This document shows positions 51,201-61,439 of a stretch of DNA of 64,000 nt, one piece after another. Origin of the DNA: a virus (lineage: Duplodnaviria > Caudoviricetes); IMG/VR virus record IMGVR_UViG_3300032038_000035, positions 1 through 64,000 of that record, one strand, 5' to 3'. Under the pieces are notes generated by a model, which was not told the DNA's origin, made no database searches, and saw only the letters and a list, made by a program, of their open reading frames with translations. Positions within the stretch are counted from its first letter, which is position 1. The number at the start of each line of letters is the position of its first letter. Made by a program: the position numbers and the translations under genes.

Positions 51201-53074
51201 TTGAATCCGTATATATTAGATAATTTAATTGGATCCGTTAATGGTTTTAAACTACCACCTTTGGATAATCCAAATTCTTTACCTACAATATACATGATAT
51301 ATAGCACAAGAGTGTATACATCAATTTCTATACCGAGATTACCATGATATACAGTGAGTTGATTTGTACCATTGTTACCACTGGTCTTATTATCCAGTAG
51401 CATTCTCATAATATATTCTGTCTCTATAGTAAATCTTGTCAAACTAAATGCCATTTCTATTCCGATATATTTCGTTTCTAAGAAATTATATTCAGAATGA
51501 TATAGCTTGTATAATAAATCATCATCATTCAACCAATATGTATCTGGTTCTGTTACTCCATAATAATTCAGATAATTCATAGAGTCTATTATATAAGAAT
51601 ATGGATTTTCTCCTATATCAGCTTTGACTATACGAACATCATACATTTGCTCAGGTACTTCATTACCATTATCATCATAATAGTACATGGGTGTACCATT
51701 TCCAGTAAGTTTCTGAGTCTTAAGTATGTAGTATTGATACATATTAAGAGTTGAGTATCCGAATATTGCAAAGATATCTTTAAAGCAAGCATTAGATCCT
51801 TTCTTAGACAAGAGGATATTTATTGCTTTAATTATCTTAGTATGATATGTAACAGGAATATCATCATAGAAAGGTACAGAATACGCGTTATAAACAACTT
51901 CTATTGATTCCAAATCATAGAAGTCGCGTGTGATATCGGTTTCCAGATATTTAGCCTGCATTCTCTGTAACGCCATAAATAAAATTGATAAGCCAATAAA
52001 ACCTTCATATTCTTTATACTGATTTCTGAATGCTTCTGTGTAATATCTATATTTCATATATAGCCTACACTCTTCATATACTTCTCTGAAGTCTTTGCCA
52101 AGTGCAGCTATATCAGCATCTTGTATATACAAAATTTCAAATCTATCAGATAATCTAGCTACGAATGGATGAATCTTTGCATATGTTAAATGCTTCAGAT
52201 ATCTATAATGTCTATCATAAGTTACTTTCTCTAAGCAATCTTTAATAAACGTAGTTGAAAACTCTGCATATATTCTTTCTTTAAGAGGCTGGAGATAGAT
52301 ATATACAAGAGGATTGTATTCCATTCTTATCTGTTTACCATTAGCGTCTTTAGCATTTGTATAAGATGCTCCATCTTTTGGGTATTCTTCTTTAAGAGTA
52401 CCTTCTTCATTCTGAGTAGGATAAACCCAGTCAGTAGTAAGATCTCTATATATAGGACCACGATTCCATTCTGTATTGACAGGCTTATTAGTATACTTAG
52501 GGAATAAAGCTATACCTGAATACATAGATGGCGCAGTATGAGTTGGATCTATATTATTAGATCCACATTTAGGACAGACACTACCATTAGTATATCCGTG
52601 CCATTCATTTTCACATGTATTACAATGAGCTATTGTACCAGCATATGCAGGTAAACCATATAGCTCTCTGTAATATGTATTCTTCTCTTCATATTTTTTA
52701 TGATATCCAACTCTGGATCTATCTACTATAAGTAATCCCGTTAAAGGATCACGATCATATTCAATTTTAGTGCCATAATAAAACATGTCCCAATAGGGCA
52801 TATTTGTATTTGCATCAGGAGATGTAAATTCGAGTTCTCTATAACTCATGTATTCATCTTCTGACATATTTTCAACGTTTTCCAAATCGGTGCGTTTATA
52901 TGTCATTAATAAATGCCTCGCACCTGTCAGGTAAGTATCGACTTCAACCGCATCGACATATCTATCTTCTGTATCATATTTATCGCCAAGATACTTGTTA
53001 TGCCAAACTAATGTCGAAACCATTTCTCTAAGGCTGTTTTCAAACAAACGACCCGAAATTGAAGTCTGTGCCAT
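48215..53074 (-). CDS. Large virion/baseplate protein with two Cys-cluster inserts
   Basis: Start MAQT behind GAGGTG; CNTC/CPKC and CSFC/CHNTAC; late-like promoter GGACA-N7-TAA at 53105-53119. Confidence 0.55.
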   Translation of the reverse strand: MAQTSISGRLFENSLREMVSTLVWHNKYLGDKYDTEDRYVDAVEVDTYLTGARHLLMTYKRTDLENVENMSEDEYMSYRELEFTSPDANTNMPYWDMFYYGTKIEYDRDPLTGLLIVDRSRVGYHKKYEEKNTYYRELYGLPAYAGTIAHCNTCENEWHGYTNGSVCPKCGSNNIDPTHTAPSMYSGIALFPKYTNKPVNTEWNRGPIYRDLTTDWVYPTQNEEGTLKEEYPKDGASYTNAKDANGKQIRMEYNPLVYIYLQPLKERIYAEFSTTFIKDCLEKVTYDRHYRYLKHLTYAKIHPFVARLSDRFEILYIQDADIAALGKDFREVYEECRLYMKYRYYTEAFRNQYKEYEGFIGLSILFMALQRMQAKYLETDITRDFYDLESIEVVYNAYSVPFYDDIPVTYHTKIIKAINILLSKKGSNACFKDIFAIFGYSTLNMYQYYILKTQKLTGNGTPMYYYDDNGNEVPEQMYDVRIVKADIGENPYSYIIDSMNYLNYYGVTEPDTYWLNDDDLLYKLYHSEYNFLETKYIGIEMAFSLTRFTIETEYIMRMLLDNKTSGNNGTNQLTVYHGNLGIEIDVYTLVLYIMYIVGKEFGLSKGGSLKPLTDPIKLSNIYGFNFIEDLTVVYGYLSRQFIYNYKPGIIVKETDGSYYFKPVSYEGYTPANANSVVLYNTEKEAELNKLDVNNDDFTGFYQYVLEYISIGYLKPITMGNFPEASEAERIRTKLAIAFNGIKHLLESYTDEEAKMKNLLDFRFVKVYYSDSVCSFCGVPREDLTNQFEYCHNTACYSNHDYLDGNGPLLRDMRGRIPSVKEIDTSKDTEDKIFRNQVYAEFVTNYELINPFIVTIIRRFNTYPQDVIDMNESLTEYIAFDRDDTDIIYVLGDVSNVLPGNTVRLEHRSGQTVISVDEAKVVDILSSTYDVEPPDELVVRYHQILINKKISYKVNDIVDIKYRNVNVTYDEWCYMMTEGVKARVAYEASSKRLAEMEAEKEIDPSAYTDEEMQEQRDLVHHNQYNYTHSLYYLIGVISEFIDCDEDIDLFSEDYIWSEETTIGQILIELNMYNALVGLRTKREFRLFISDQIEELTPIVLDPNNAYYTCIDDIRWIALYLRYYFLDKTKTTSELSKTIDDFFLYDNARYMSEFSYRHSSTQEGYQNNRANVAYSYMNDTMTQVLDPITHKPINVFDYIKNHIRDIIDADRNISDINDYEISIGIGRGVDKDWSKLQSSYNAIVELHNEFTKLTWGIKNPKAFHAMRRLNKMLMTTKYAQDVYKLKGSDTVAESYKDLLDSINPMLTLRIDNMTEKQRITELEYSLSYLDKISDDLLYLHAYGGFNMKKILSYIWKMIYFFKSAKVDLLHYALEFRVDDKTDNLMKYMSELTKLNTETKVTPDQWRMTDVAAMHEITTRLNIDKSIKLTFSDALLAIGKYKNLFSANYMMDQIVSHTHSQVEASDLNYHLYDYMKHNASIRYIGRSGNWNIPSLHPDAQKPYNASDSDISAIDKIRKYETNNIIRMPEISYNEAYSIDKVAHTDTLQLVKRVVYEFDLTQPYTTDEHGNKIYPYKLDENNNRIPVVFESDDEYRDWLYANDKAKWWQYFGELYNSSENISI

Positions 53075-53104
53075 GTCTCTATCACCTCGATTTTGCAAGG
53101 TATT

Positions 53105-53155
53105 TTACTAAATTTGTCCTGCCTTTATGATTTTTAAAACTGGACATTTGATTAA
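53105..53155. promoter_or_regulatory. Divergent pair of late-type promoters
   Basis: GGACA-N7-TAA (minus, 53105-53119) and GGACAtttgatTAA (plus, 53142-53155). Confidence 0.6.
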
Positions 53156-53183
53156 AAATAATATCCGAAAGCGAGGCTTTATT

Positions 53184-54272
53184 ATGCGCGATGCTATGGG
53201 TTTAATAGGCGTTTACAACGCCTCTAACTTAAGATCAGATATATCATCGGTATATATGATTTCAGATTCAAGTACATCCTCATTATTCGTGTTTGTATTA
53301 TTTCCCGGTGCTTTCCATGATGTATATGAGATTGCATCTCTCACGATGTATCAAAACATTTTCATTATTCCTATCTCAATTTATCCTGAATATATCTCCG
53401 ATCTGTATAGATTAGTATTAGAGTTAACTAAGATCAAATCAGTAGTAAAAGTCATGTCTCCTGACATGCTTCTTCCTTCTGTTAAGAATAAGCTCAACTC
53501 TATGTTTTTAAATTCCCTCGTTAAGGGAACTGCTAAATCTACATACGTATATTCGGATAATGGATTTATTGCATTTGACTGGAATGATGGTGATGGTGTT
53601 GCACCTTCCGGAAATACATGGCCCGATAACTTCCATGATATCTATTGTACCTTTGGCGATAAGAGAATTCTTCTCACTGTTAGCAAAGTAGATATTCCTA
53701 GAATAAAGGCTCTTCTCAGACAAGATCTTGTGGACTATGTATATATTCCATGGCAAAACCCTTCATATATGAGTACGATGTTTGCAACATTCGTAGATGT
53801 ATATGAAGCGGTAGACAAAATGGATAAAGAATACCATACTGAGTATATCAATAAACTCGTAATATATGGTTTCCCGAATGATGCAGCAATACAGCTTGCT
53901 AGTGAAGTATATGGCAATAACTTCCCGATCAATGCACGTCAATTATTCTTAAGTGATGCACCTACTACAGATGAGTGGTTAGAATGCATTACATTTGGCG
54001 AAGCAGTTAAGGTTGCTACAGAAGATTGGCATCTTACTCCCGTACACTGCTGCTGCAATACAAATCGATATCATCCTGTATGGCCTAGGCCTTACAATCC
54101 AATGATGTATGCACCTCCGATTCATCATCCAATGCCTTGCAGACATTACGATAGAGATAAACACACTATCGAATGCCCTGTATGTGGACAATATGTTTGG
54201 GTAAAAGAAATAACGGTTTCTACTATTGAAGGTGCTACAATGACCGTAACCGATAACGAACCAGAAGATTAA
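53184..54272 (+). CDS. Hypothetical protein with Cys/His/Pro-rich C-terminus
   Basis: Start moved downstream of the promoter (MRDAMG); HCCC...HHPMPC...CPVC. Confidence 0.7.
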   Translation: MRDAMGLIGVYNASNLRSDISSVYMISDSSTSSLFVFVLFPGAFHDVYEIASLTMYQNIFIIPISIYPEYISDLYRLVLELTKIKSVVKVMSPDMLLPSVKNKLNSMFLNSLVKGTAKSTYVYSDNGFIAFDWNDGDGVAPSGNTWPDNFHDIYCTFGDKRILLTVSKVDIPRIKALLRQDLVDYVYIPWQNPSYMSTMFATFVDVYEAVDKMDKEYHTEYINKLVIYGFPNDAAIQLASEVYGNNFPINARQLFLSDAPTTDEWLECITFGEAVKVATEDWHLTPVHCCCNTNRYHPVWPRPYNPMMYAPPIHHPMPCRHYDRDKHTIECPVCGQYVWVKEITVSTIEGATMTVTDNEPED

Positions 54273-54285
54273 TTCGTAAAGGTGG

Positions 54286-54615
54286 TTGAGTATTATGGGC
54301 GACTGGAGTCCTTATAATATTAACGAAAAGATTGATTCTACTAAAAGATCACTCAATGATGCGATCGCACTTAGAACGCGATACAATAACGATATATCAA
54401 CATTAAATTTACAATTGAAGAATGTCATGAATAATGATTATAGTCCTGAAAGGATTCCTCGTATAAATAATATAAAATCATCTATAAGTAATCTTGAGTT
54501 TGCTTTAAGAGGTATATGCTCTAATGTAAGAGCAATGGAATTAAGATTAAAGCGACTGGAGGATGAAAAGCGTGACTCCTGTTATTACAATGAAACCGGG
54601 AACTGCAATACGTAG
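54286..54615 (+). CDS. Coiled-coil hypothetical protein
   Basis: Heptad-like pattern. Confidence 0.6.
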   Translation: MSIMGDWSPYNINEKIDSTKRSLNDAIALRTRYNNDISTLNLQLKNVMNNDYSPERIPRINNIKSSISNLEFALRGICSNVRAMELRLKRLEDEKRDSCYYNETGNCNT

Positions 54616-55339
54616 TAAGAAGACTATAAATATCTCTGTAGATGAAAAGCCTCAGAGAGTTGTACATCTTATTACAAATAACAGGTCCAGAGATAAGTTT
54701 ATCAAACAGATTGAAAAGCTTATCAGAGGATCTGAAGAATATAAAGAATATATCAAATTCTTAAAGACTAAAATGCACATGGATAGATGCTATATCAATC
54801 CAACTATAATGAGTGCTAATGGAAAGAAATATTCTATAGAGCTCCATCATGAGCCATTTACTCTATACGACTTAGTTGATATAGAGATAATGCGTAGAGA
54901 AAGTGAAGATGACAGTCTTGACAAATTCGCTATAGCAGAAACAGTAATGTCTCTGCATTATGATGGATTAGTTGGATTGATTCCTCTTAGTAAGACACAG
55001 CATGAACTAGTGCATTCTAGTAAGGTATTTATTCCATTACAGCATATATATCAAGATTTCTATAAATACTATGAGATATATGCCGACATAATTGAATCCG
55101 AAGAATGCTCGCATATAAAACAAAAAATAGATACTAAGATAGCTCTTAGTTTAAAATGCGATAATATACAATCTGATGTCAATACACCTGAGTTTGTATA
55201 TATAGACGTTGATGGATTCTGTGTACCTCAAGTTCCTGAGGAATGGAAAAATATCGTTATGCAGACTAGAGAAGATCTAGCTGAAGCTGAAAAGCAACAA
55301 GAAAAAGAAGCAAAGAAATTAGAAAAGACGAAAAAATAA
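54563..55339 (+). CDS. HNH-like protein A
   Basis: DRC...IELHHEPFTLYD...IPLSKTQHELVH. Confidence 0.6.
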   Translation: MKSVTPVITMKPGTAIRSKKTINISVDEKPQRVVHLITNNRSRDKFIKQIEKLIRGSEEYKEYIKFLKTKMHMDRCYINPTIMSANGKKYSIELHHEPFTLYDLVDIEIMRRESEDDSLDKFAIAETVMSLHYDGLVGLIPLSKTQHELVHSSKVFIPLQHIYQDFYKYYEIYADIIESEECSHIKQKIDTKIALSLKCDNIQSDVNTPEFVYIDVDGFCVPQVPEEWKNIVMQTREDLAEAEKQQEKEAKKLEKTKK

Positions 55340-55364
55340 ATTAAATCATACAGGATGATTTTAC

Positions 55365-55517
55365 TCATCCTGTATGATCTATATTTTTGTATTCTTCATA
55401 TGAATGTTTCATATCCGCAATAGCATCGTAAAGAAAGTCGATTAATAAATGCATAAAGTGACGCATTGATATGATAAATATTGCTACCAATATTATACCT
55501 ATTATAGTATCAATCAT
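55365..55517 (-). CDS. 50-aa membrane peptide (not in the ORF track)
   Basis: GAGGA RBS; MIDTIIGIILVAIFIISMRHF... Confidence 0.55.
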   Translation of the reverse strand: MIDTIIGIILVAIFIISMRHFMHLLIDFLYDAIADMKHSYEEYKNIDHTG

Positions 55518-55527
55518 GGCTATTTCC

Positions 55528-56163
55528 TCATAATGTTACAAGTTTCTTTACCTTCTCTGTATCAAAGATATTATTGTCAAAAGAATCGGTAGATTCGCAT
55601 AGATCCAAGTATTTCCATATACGATATTTCTGGTTGTCACTTAGATACTTATTATATTTCTCTATGAAGCCAGATACATCTCCGAAACCTTGTTTTATAT
55701 TCAAGAAGATATCTCTATTATGTACAGCTTCATGGTTAGTCACAGCAAGCATTACTACTTGTACATGTAAATCATAATGCTCTTGTATAAGCTGATTTGT
55801 AATCCTGTATGTAGTTATCTTCTTACCGGTTTCTATAAACTCTTCTAGTATAATAGATGCATAATCGTATAATGTAAATAGAGGACCATGGTGCATTTCA
55901 ATTGTAGCATCTGTACTAAATATCTGTGATGATACCTGACAGAAATCTATACCAATTATATTGGTTACATACTTTACAAAGCCTGCATAGTCTTCATCGG
56001 ATCTACACATCTTCTCACATGATTTTACAAATTTATTACGATTATCTGCCATGACGAAAAAGTCTATCGGTTTATATAAAACTATATTATCAAATGCGTC
56101 ATCTTCAGCTTGAATCTCTTTCTCGTAATTTCCGATGTATTTTATATTAGGAATTCCTATCAT
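55528..56163 (-). CDS. HNH-like protein B, paralogue of A
   Basis: DFC...IEMHHGPLFTLYD...VMLAVTNHEAVH; GACA-N6-TAA promoter at 56180-56192. Confidence 0.6.
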   Translation of the reverse strand: MIGIPNIKYIGNYEKEIQAEDDAFDNIVLYKPIDFFVMADNRNKFVKSCEKMCRSDEDYAGFVKYVTNIIGIDFCQVSSQIFSTDATIEMHHGPLFTLYDYASIILEEFIETGKKITTYRITNQLIQEHYDLHVQVVMLAVTNHEAVHNRDIFLNIKQGFGDVSGFIEKYNKYLSDNQKYRIWKYLDLCESTDSFDNNIFDTEKVKKLVTL

Positions 56164-56286
56164 ACTTAAACACCTTCTTTTAAATGGTTGTCGGATTTAC
56201 GGAAAAATCTTACGGCAAATGATGGTTAATTTGCCGTAAGTATATGAAATAATAACCGTTCCCGTAGGCTGGTTATTATATTGCCA

Positions 56287-56781
56287 TTACATTGTTTTCT
56301 GTATCTTAATAATACCATTTACAACTTCGTTATAGAAATTAGTCATATTTGGCATAGGAGCTATAGACTTTGGTACATATCTCTTTATAGCTGCAGTATC
56401 AGCAACCTTGTTTATAGGAACTTCATCTAAATTATCATCCAGATAAACTTCTTCAAACTGAACTGTGTTCATAGGATATACTGCTGCTATAGAATATGTT
56501 TTGGGATCGTTTAATACAGCAGCCTTAATAACTAATATGTTATACAAAGGATATACTGTATAAATGCCATTATTATAATCTGCTATAAGATCTCCGGTAT
56601 GGGAGAACGGTATATAGAGTTTAAAATCTCTTACAAAGGTTTTTGTATACAAACCCGAAGAATTGAATATAAGTGCATTGTTTTCGTACTTATAGTCATT
56701 TACAAATACATCAGGCTTTAGCTTTATATTACTAGGTTGACCCGATAATATCTGGTATAGTGTCTTGGTAGATTCTATCAT
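56287..56781 (-). CDS. Hypothetical protein
   Basis: ATGA overlap with the upstream gene. Confidence 0.7.
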   Translation of the reverse strand: MIESTKTLYQILSGQPSNIKLKPDVFVNDYKYENNALIFNSSGLYTKTFVRDFKLYIPFSHTGDLIADYNNGIYTVYPLYNILVIKAAVLNDPKTYSIAAVYPMNTVQFEEVYLDDNLDEVPINKVADTAAIKRYVPKSIAPMPNMTNFYNEVVNGIIKIQKTM

Positions 56782-57266
56782 GATATAGCCTCCAATATAA
56801 AAAAATTATTAAATACTATTGCTGCAAGTATAGCCCACACTACAGCTATTATAGCCATTACAATAAATATCTTTTCCAAAATATGAATTACATATATGGC
56901 ATTTTGTAATTTACCTTTCATACAAGATAATTCTCTTGTAGAGTAATATACGTCCGATATATTCACATCGTATATATCATAGTCTTGTCCAAATGCTATT
57001 TTCCCAACTTGTTTTAGATTACATTCTTTATGTAGCTTCCTAAGTGTATTATTCATATATAGATTTATGAATATCAATGTAGCTACAAGAAGTGGAATAT
57101 TAGCTAATACAGACAAACAGAATATAGTAGCACATATATTAAATATAATTAATGATTGTACATGAAGTCTCGTATATTCCATTAGTAGTTTTCTTACATT
57201 TTCAAACTCTTGCTCTAATATAATAACCATAGAGTTGTTTGTGTTTAATGATGATACTCCAGACAT
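56778..57266 (-). CDS. Membrane protein
   Basis: About three hydrophobic segments; start MSGV; ACA-N6-TAA at 57283-57294. Confidence 0.65.
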   Translation of the reverse strand: MSGVSSLNTNNSMVIILEQEFENVRKLLMEYTRLHVQSLIIFNICATIFCLSVLANIPLLVATLIFINLYMNNTLRKLHKECNLKQVGKIAFGQDYDIYDVNISDVYYSTRELSCMKGKLQNAIYVIHILEKIFIVMAIIAVVWAILAAIVFNNFFILEAIS

Positions 57267-57347
57267 TTTATCACATCCTTTGTTAATATTCTGTATAGAG
57301 TACATCAAAAAAATATCATGATACACATATGTGTATCATGATTTATC

Positions 57348-58544
57348 TCACCATGGTAAGATATAACCTTCAATATCCTTTATGAAACTACCATATATAT
57401 CTAAGCGATATATATCAGATTCATTCATGAATACGAAGTCCTTGACATAATGTCCACCATAATTACCCTCAATATATACGTATCCCTTATCGTCGAATGA
57501 ACCAGATGGCGCATAAGGAGTTAGTTTGAAATTGTATGAAAAATATGGTACTGTTGATTCTCCAAACGGAATCAAACCATAGTCAATCGATGGATATAAT
57601 CCATTAGTGTTAATCATAGATAATAGCTTATGAGTTACCCTTAGAATAGATACAGCCATCTTGGTATAAATCGTAAAATCAATGAGACTTAGAGCATTTC
57701 TGGTGCTTGTTCTCTTGGGTATAAAGCCAGATGTATCTGATGGATCTGTCCAATCATCATTCTTAAACACATTACCATATCCATATTCTACAACACCACT
57801 TTCAAAGAACGGAGTTGCATCTTTTATCATGATCCATTCCTCTTTTGATATGAATGTGTGAATTGGAATATCTTGCATCAATGATTTTGATATTATGGCA
57901 TCTTTACATGCATCCAGAGTTATGTTTACTTCAGATGTATGCTTAACGACTTTTGCACGTTTATCATCATATATAACTAATGAGAACTTAGATATCAGTT
58001 TAGATAGATCCATGTCATATATAATACATAAATCACTTATAACATGATCTAATCCATATATGGATTTAGGCTTAGCTCCATCTATAGAATATGATGATAT
58101 ATTGTATGCATACAATGGACCGGTTGGATTTAATTGAGAATGCTCATTTATCTTCGTTTCTATGTTGAATACGACATTGAAAATGATCAATTCTTCAAGA
58201 TTAAATAAGAACGTGAATAATGAGTGTGGGGTATCTATATTAACACTCATATCTTGAGAATGTATCACATTATTACCTGAATATCCAACACTTCTGAGCA
58301 ATTCCAATTTGTATTTTACATGAATTTTTTGGAAAATCTTAGGCAATACTTCTCTTGGTAATATGAAGTATAAATTCTCAAATGCAGATACAGGAATTGC
58401 GACATATCTTATCTCAGTATCAGATACATACTTATGATAATTACTATTGAATTTCTCTATAGTAATATACTTCGCTTTTAGTTCGTAATCTGATTCACCT
58501 TTTAGTAAAGCCAGATTAGCTTCAGGCTTAAATTTGTCTTTCAT
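57348..58544 (-). CDS. Hypothetical protein
   Basis: GGAGG RBS, 398 aa. Confidence 0.75.
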   Translation of the reverse strand: MKDKFKPEANLALLKGESDYELKAKYITIEKFNSNYHKYVSDTEIRYVAIPVSAFENLYFILPREVLPKIFQKIHVKYKLELLRSVGYSGNNVIHSQDMSVNIDTPHSLFTFLFNLEELIIFNVVFNIETKINEHSQLNPTGPLYAYNISSYSIDGAKPKSIYGLDHVISDLCIIYDMDLSKLISKFSLVIYDDKRAKVVKHTSEVNITLDACKDAIISKSLMQDIPIHTFISKEEWIMIKDATPFFESGVVEYGYGNVFKNDDWTDPSDTSGFIPKRTSTRNALSLIDFTIYTKMAVSILRVTHKLLSMINTNGLYPSIDYGLIPFGESTVPYFSYNFKLTPYAPSGSFDDKGYVYIEGNYGGHYVKDFVFMNESDIYRLDIYGSFIKDIEGYILPW

Positions 58545-58555
58545 GCTATATCCTC

Positions 58556-59740
58556 CTACATACGACTCTTTATAGAAACTTTTACATCAGATATTAACAT
58601 GGATAAGAAATCCAAATTATCTGTCTTAATGAGATTGCTTGTTATAGAATCTCCAATTAATGCATTATGTGCGAAATTATCTGTCATATTTATATTACAA
58701 GTATAGCACACAGATATATCGTCATCAAAAAGTAAATTGTTATCAATCTCAGTCATCAGTACATCATTTATATCTGCTATGCCTGTAGCAATAAATAGAA
58801 ATTGCTTAATTGAGTACATGTAGATCGTATCGTCAAACTGTATATTGTATAAATAATCGGATAACTCATACAATGTGCTACAACTTATATCATGCTCATC
58901 TAAATAATCTTCATCATTAGGTAACTCTAGTTTAGAGTATACACAATATGATAAATCATATCTACGGCATCCACATAGCATCATATATTCTTTAAATAAT
59001 ATCGTCATATATAGAGGCGTACCTGTTGTCATTAGTAATAGAGTCTTATCGGATGATGTCACAAAATTTGTCTTTGTAGTATATGTAACATACTCATCAT
59101 TATCAAATATCATATAGTCTTCATTACTGCCATTTAAACTGTCATATCTAGAGTCTTTATATGATATAGTATTCTCTATATAGTGTATTAATTCGCCAAT
59201 GTGTATTGCATTAAAATCTGACCCATATACTATAGATGCTTTAGCATAACTATTTCCGGATTCTGCTAATTCGTTTATACTATTAGCAAATAATTCAGGA
59301 TCTAATTTATACTCACATCCATCTACGCTAATATGGACTTCAAAGTTTATAAAGTATGGCTCAATATTATGATATTCTGTATACAATTCTTCACAACATA
59401 ATTCCAAATTATATAGAGATCCTATTAAAGAATATGAACTAGCTATATCATTAGACTCTAAATGAATCGCATTGGAATATCCATAATCCAGTCCATCATC
59501 TGTAGGTGTACATAATAACATCTGTGCATCTATAGTTATCTTTATAGGAGATATTATTACTTTAGCGTCTTCTTTATAATATCTGGTAGAGTTCTTTCCA
59601 TATACAGGAAAGAACATAAATTTTACGTGATCTTTCTTAGCATAAGATAATATACTTGCATCTGTATTATCTATAAACTTATATGAATTATCGTCATATA
59701 ATACAAATATATCTTTATTTACGTAATCCAATTTATACAC
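58556..59740 (-). CDS. Hypothetical protein, Tyr/Asp-rich
   Basis: 394-aa ORF; TATATATTATA motif upstream (~59759-59769). Confidence 0.7.
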   Translation of the reverse strand: MYKLDYVNKDIFVLYDDNSYKFIDNTDASILSYAKKDHVKFMFFPVYGKNSTRYYKEDAKVIISPIKITIDAQMLLCTPTDDGLDYGYSNAIHLESNDIASSYSLIGSLYNLELCCEELYTEYHNIEPYFINFEVHISVDGCEYKLDPELFANSINELAESGNSYAKASIVYGSDFNAIHIGELIHYIENTISYKDSRYDSLNGSNEDYMIFDNDEYVTYTTKTNFVTSSDKTLLLMTTGTPLYMTILFKEYMMLCGCRRYDLSYCVYSKLELPNDEDYLDEHDISCSTLYELSDYLYNIQFDDTIYMYSIKQFLFIATGIADINDVLMTEIDNNLLFDDDISVCYTCNINMTDNFAHNALIGDSITSNLIKTDNLDFLSMLISDVKVSIKSRM

Positions 59741-59814
59741 CTCCTCAATTACTTTCCATATAATATATAATTCATTTTTACTATATTTAACTTAGAGATA
59801 AAAAATATACTATT

Positions 59815-60330
59815 ATGGAGGTAATAGATATGAAGAATAAAGAACGTTTTGATATGATGGATATTACTAGGAGAGCTATATTAACAGATAGAAAAGAAGT
59901 AATAAAGCATATCTTACATATAGTAGTTAAGGATTTTGGTCTTAGTGTCATATTTGCTTATCTTAATCCTAACTTTGGTGAATTAACTGACTATATTATT
60001 ATAACTAAGAAACCTAATACTGATACTATGGTATTATTTAGTGCTATAGCATATGGTGAATGCTCTACTACTCAGTTTGACTTATTTGCATCTAAGAATA
60101 AGATAGAAGATTTTAAAAATAATCTTATTAATAATGCTACTCAATATCCGGTTAAACTATTTGATGAATCTCTTAGAGAGAAAGGTCTTTCTACTAATCC
60201 TAAGTCTGACAACTATTGGTTGGATACTAAATTAGAATCTAATCAGAAAGTTATTAAGATATTAGAAGAACTCTTCCCTGAGTTATCTAATAAGAAGAGA
60301 ATTGTATCTTCCAGACTTGGTAAGAGATAA
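59815..60330 (+). CDS. Hypothetical protein
   Basis: ORF with GGAGGT RBS before the internal MKNKE. Confidence 0.7.
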   Translation: MEVIDMKNKERFDMMDITRRAILTDRKEVIKHILHIVVKDFGLSVIFAYLNPNFGELTDYIIITKKPNTDTMVLFSAIAYGECSTTQFDLFASKNKIEDFKNNLINNATQYPVKLFDESLREKGLSTNPKSDNYWLDTKLESNQKVIKILEELFPELSNKKRIVSSRLGKR

Positions 60331-60364
60331 AAAATATATGGATGGTTTAAACCATCCATATATT

Positions 60365-60787
60365 TTATGTCAATAATCCAACTATCAGTATTAACACCGT
60401 TAATACTGATATAACAGTAGTGATTATATTTATCACTGCTGTATAGGTTCCTATCTTTAATACACTCATACTATCATCTATATAATCTTCATTAGTAGTA
60501 TATGATTTATCATCGGGATGACTCTCATAAAATACATTTACCTTTTTCATAAATATACTTCTACTAATGATAGTTGATACTAATAATATTATAGCAGCTG
60601 ACATCATAATTATGGTTAAATATGATGCTACTCCACTATATATTAGTAATAATATAGATAATACTATTAACTCTGCACTAAATAGGATACCATCCTTAAT
60701 ACATTTATCCATTGTTAGTTTTGCATTCTTTGCGCCTTTAATATATGAAGATATAGATATAGTATTCATGATATTCACTTCTCTCAT
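60365..60787 (-). CDS. Membrane protein
   Basis: Three hydrophobic segments. Confidence 0.65.
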   Translation of the reverse strand: MREVNIMNTISISSYIKGAKNAKLTMDKCIKDGILFSAELIVLSILLLIYSGVASYLTIIMMSAAIILLVSTIISRSIFMKKVNVFYESHPDDKSYTTNEDYIDDSMSVLKIGTYTAVINIITTVISVLTVLILIVGLLT

Positions 60788-60795
60788 ATATTTTA

Positions 60796-61212
60796 TTATA
60801 TAAAAGTTCTTTTCAAATTCTCATAATCTATATCTAACTCACATAGTCTATCTAATTTATCTCTATAACTAATATATTCATCTATATTAGTTATATTAAA
60901 TATAGGATGACTATATATAAATTGATATAGACTATATCTATTATATATATGTGGATTATTTTCATATAGTATATTTAATATTCTATATTCTATAGTAGTC
61001 ATATACATATCTTTATAAGGAGATATTAGTATATAATCTAAATCATTATCTGTTATATAGTCTATATCTTCTATATGTATATTAGATATATTATCATCGG
61101 ATATATTATTGAATATACTTCTTGTATTAATAAATTCTTTTATATCTTCTTTACTATATGTAACTAATAATATATCTCTCTTATATAATACTCTATACTT
61201 ATTATAATACAT
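60796..61212 (-). CDS. Hypothetical protein, extremely AT-rich
   Basis: GAGGGGG RBS; TATATATAATA motif upstream. Confidence 0.55.
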   Translation of the reverse strand: MYYNKYRVLYKRDILLVTYSKEDIKEFINTRSIFNNISDDNISNIHIEDIDYITDNDLDYILISPYKDMYMTTIEYRILNILYENNPHIYNRYSLYQFIYSHPIFNITNIDEYISYRDKLDRLCELDIDYENLKRTFI

Positions 61213-61309
61213 ATATGTATCCCCCTCTTTCTGTTTATTAATCTTATTATATATAAACCATTATATCTTTAATATAAATCCGGATTTATAATAACTCTAA
61301 GGGGAATTT

Positions 61310-61340
61310 GAAAATTAGGGACCTTTGGTCCCTAATTTTC
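61310..61340. terminator. Terminator-like hairpin
   Basis: gaaaattagggacc-ttt-ggtccctaattttc. Confidence 0.7.
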
Positions 61341-61439
61341 TGTAATAGTGCAGGTTAAGTTTAGAGTATTTGATAGTATTGACATAAACTGGTATTTTAA
61401 AGTATTGGTAGGTTAGACTTTGTATTATATATAGAAGAA

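Noticed and set aside
53184-54272. Metallo-beta-lactamase-like fold
   Set aside because: No HxHxDH motif; the resemblance is too weak to call.
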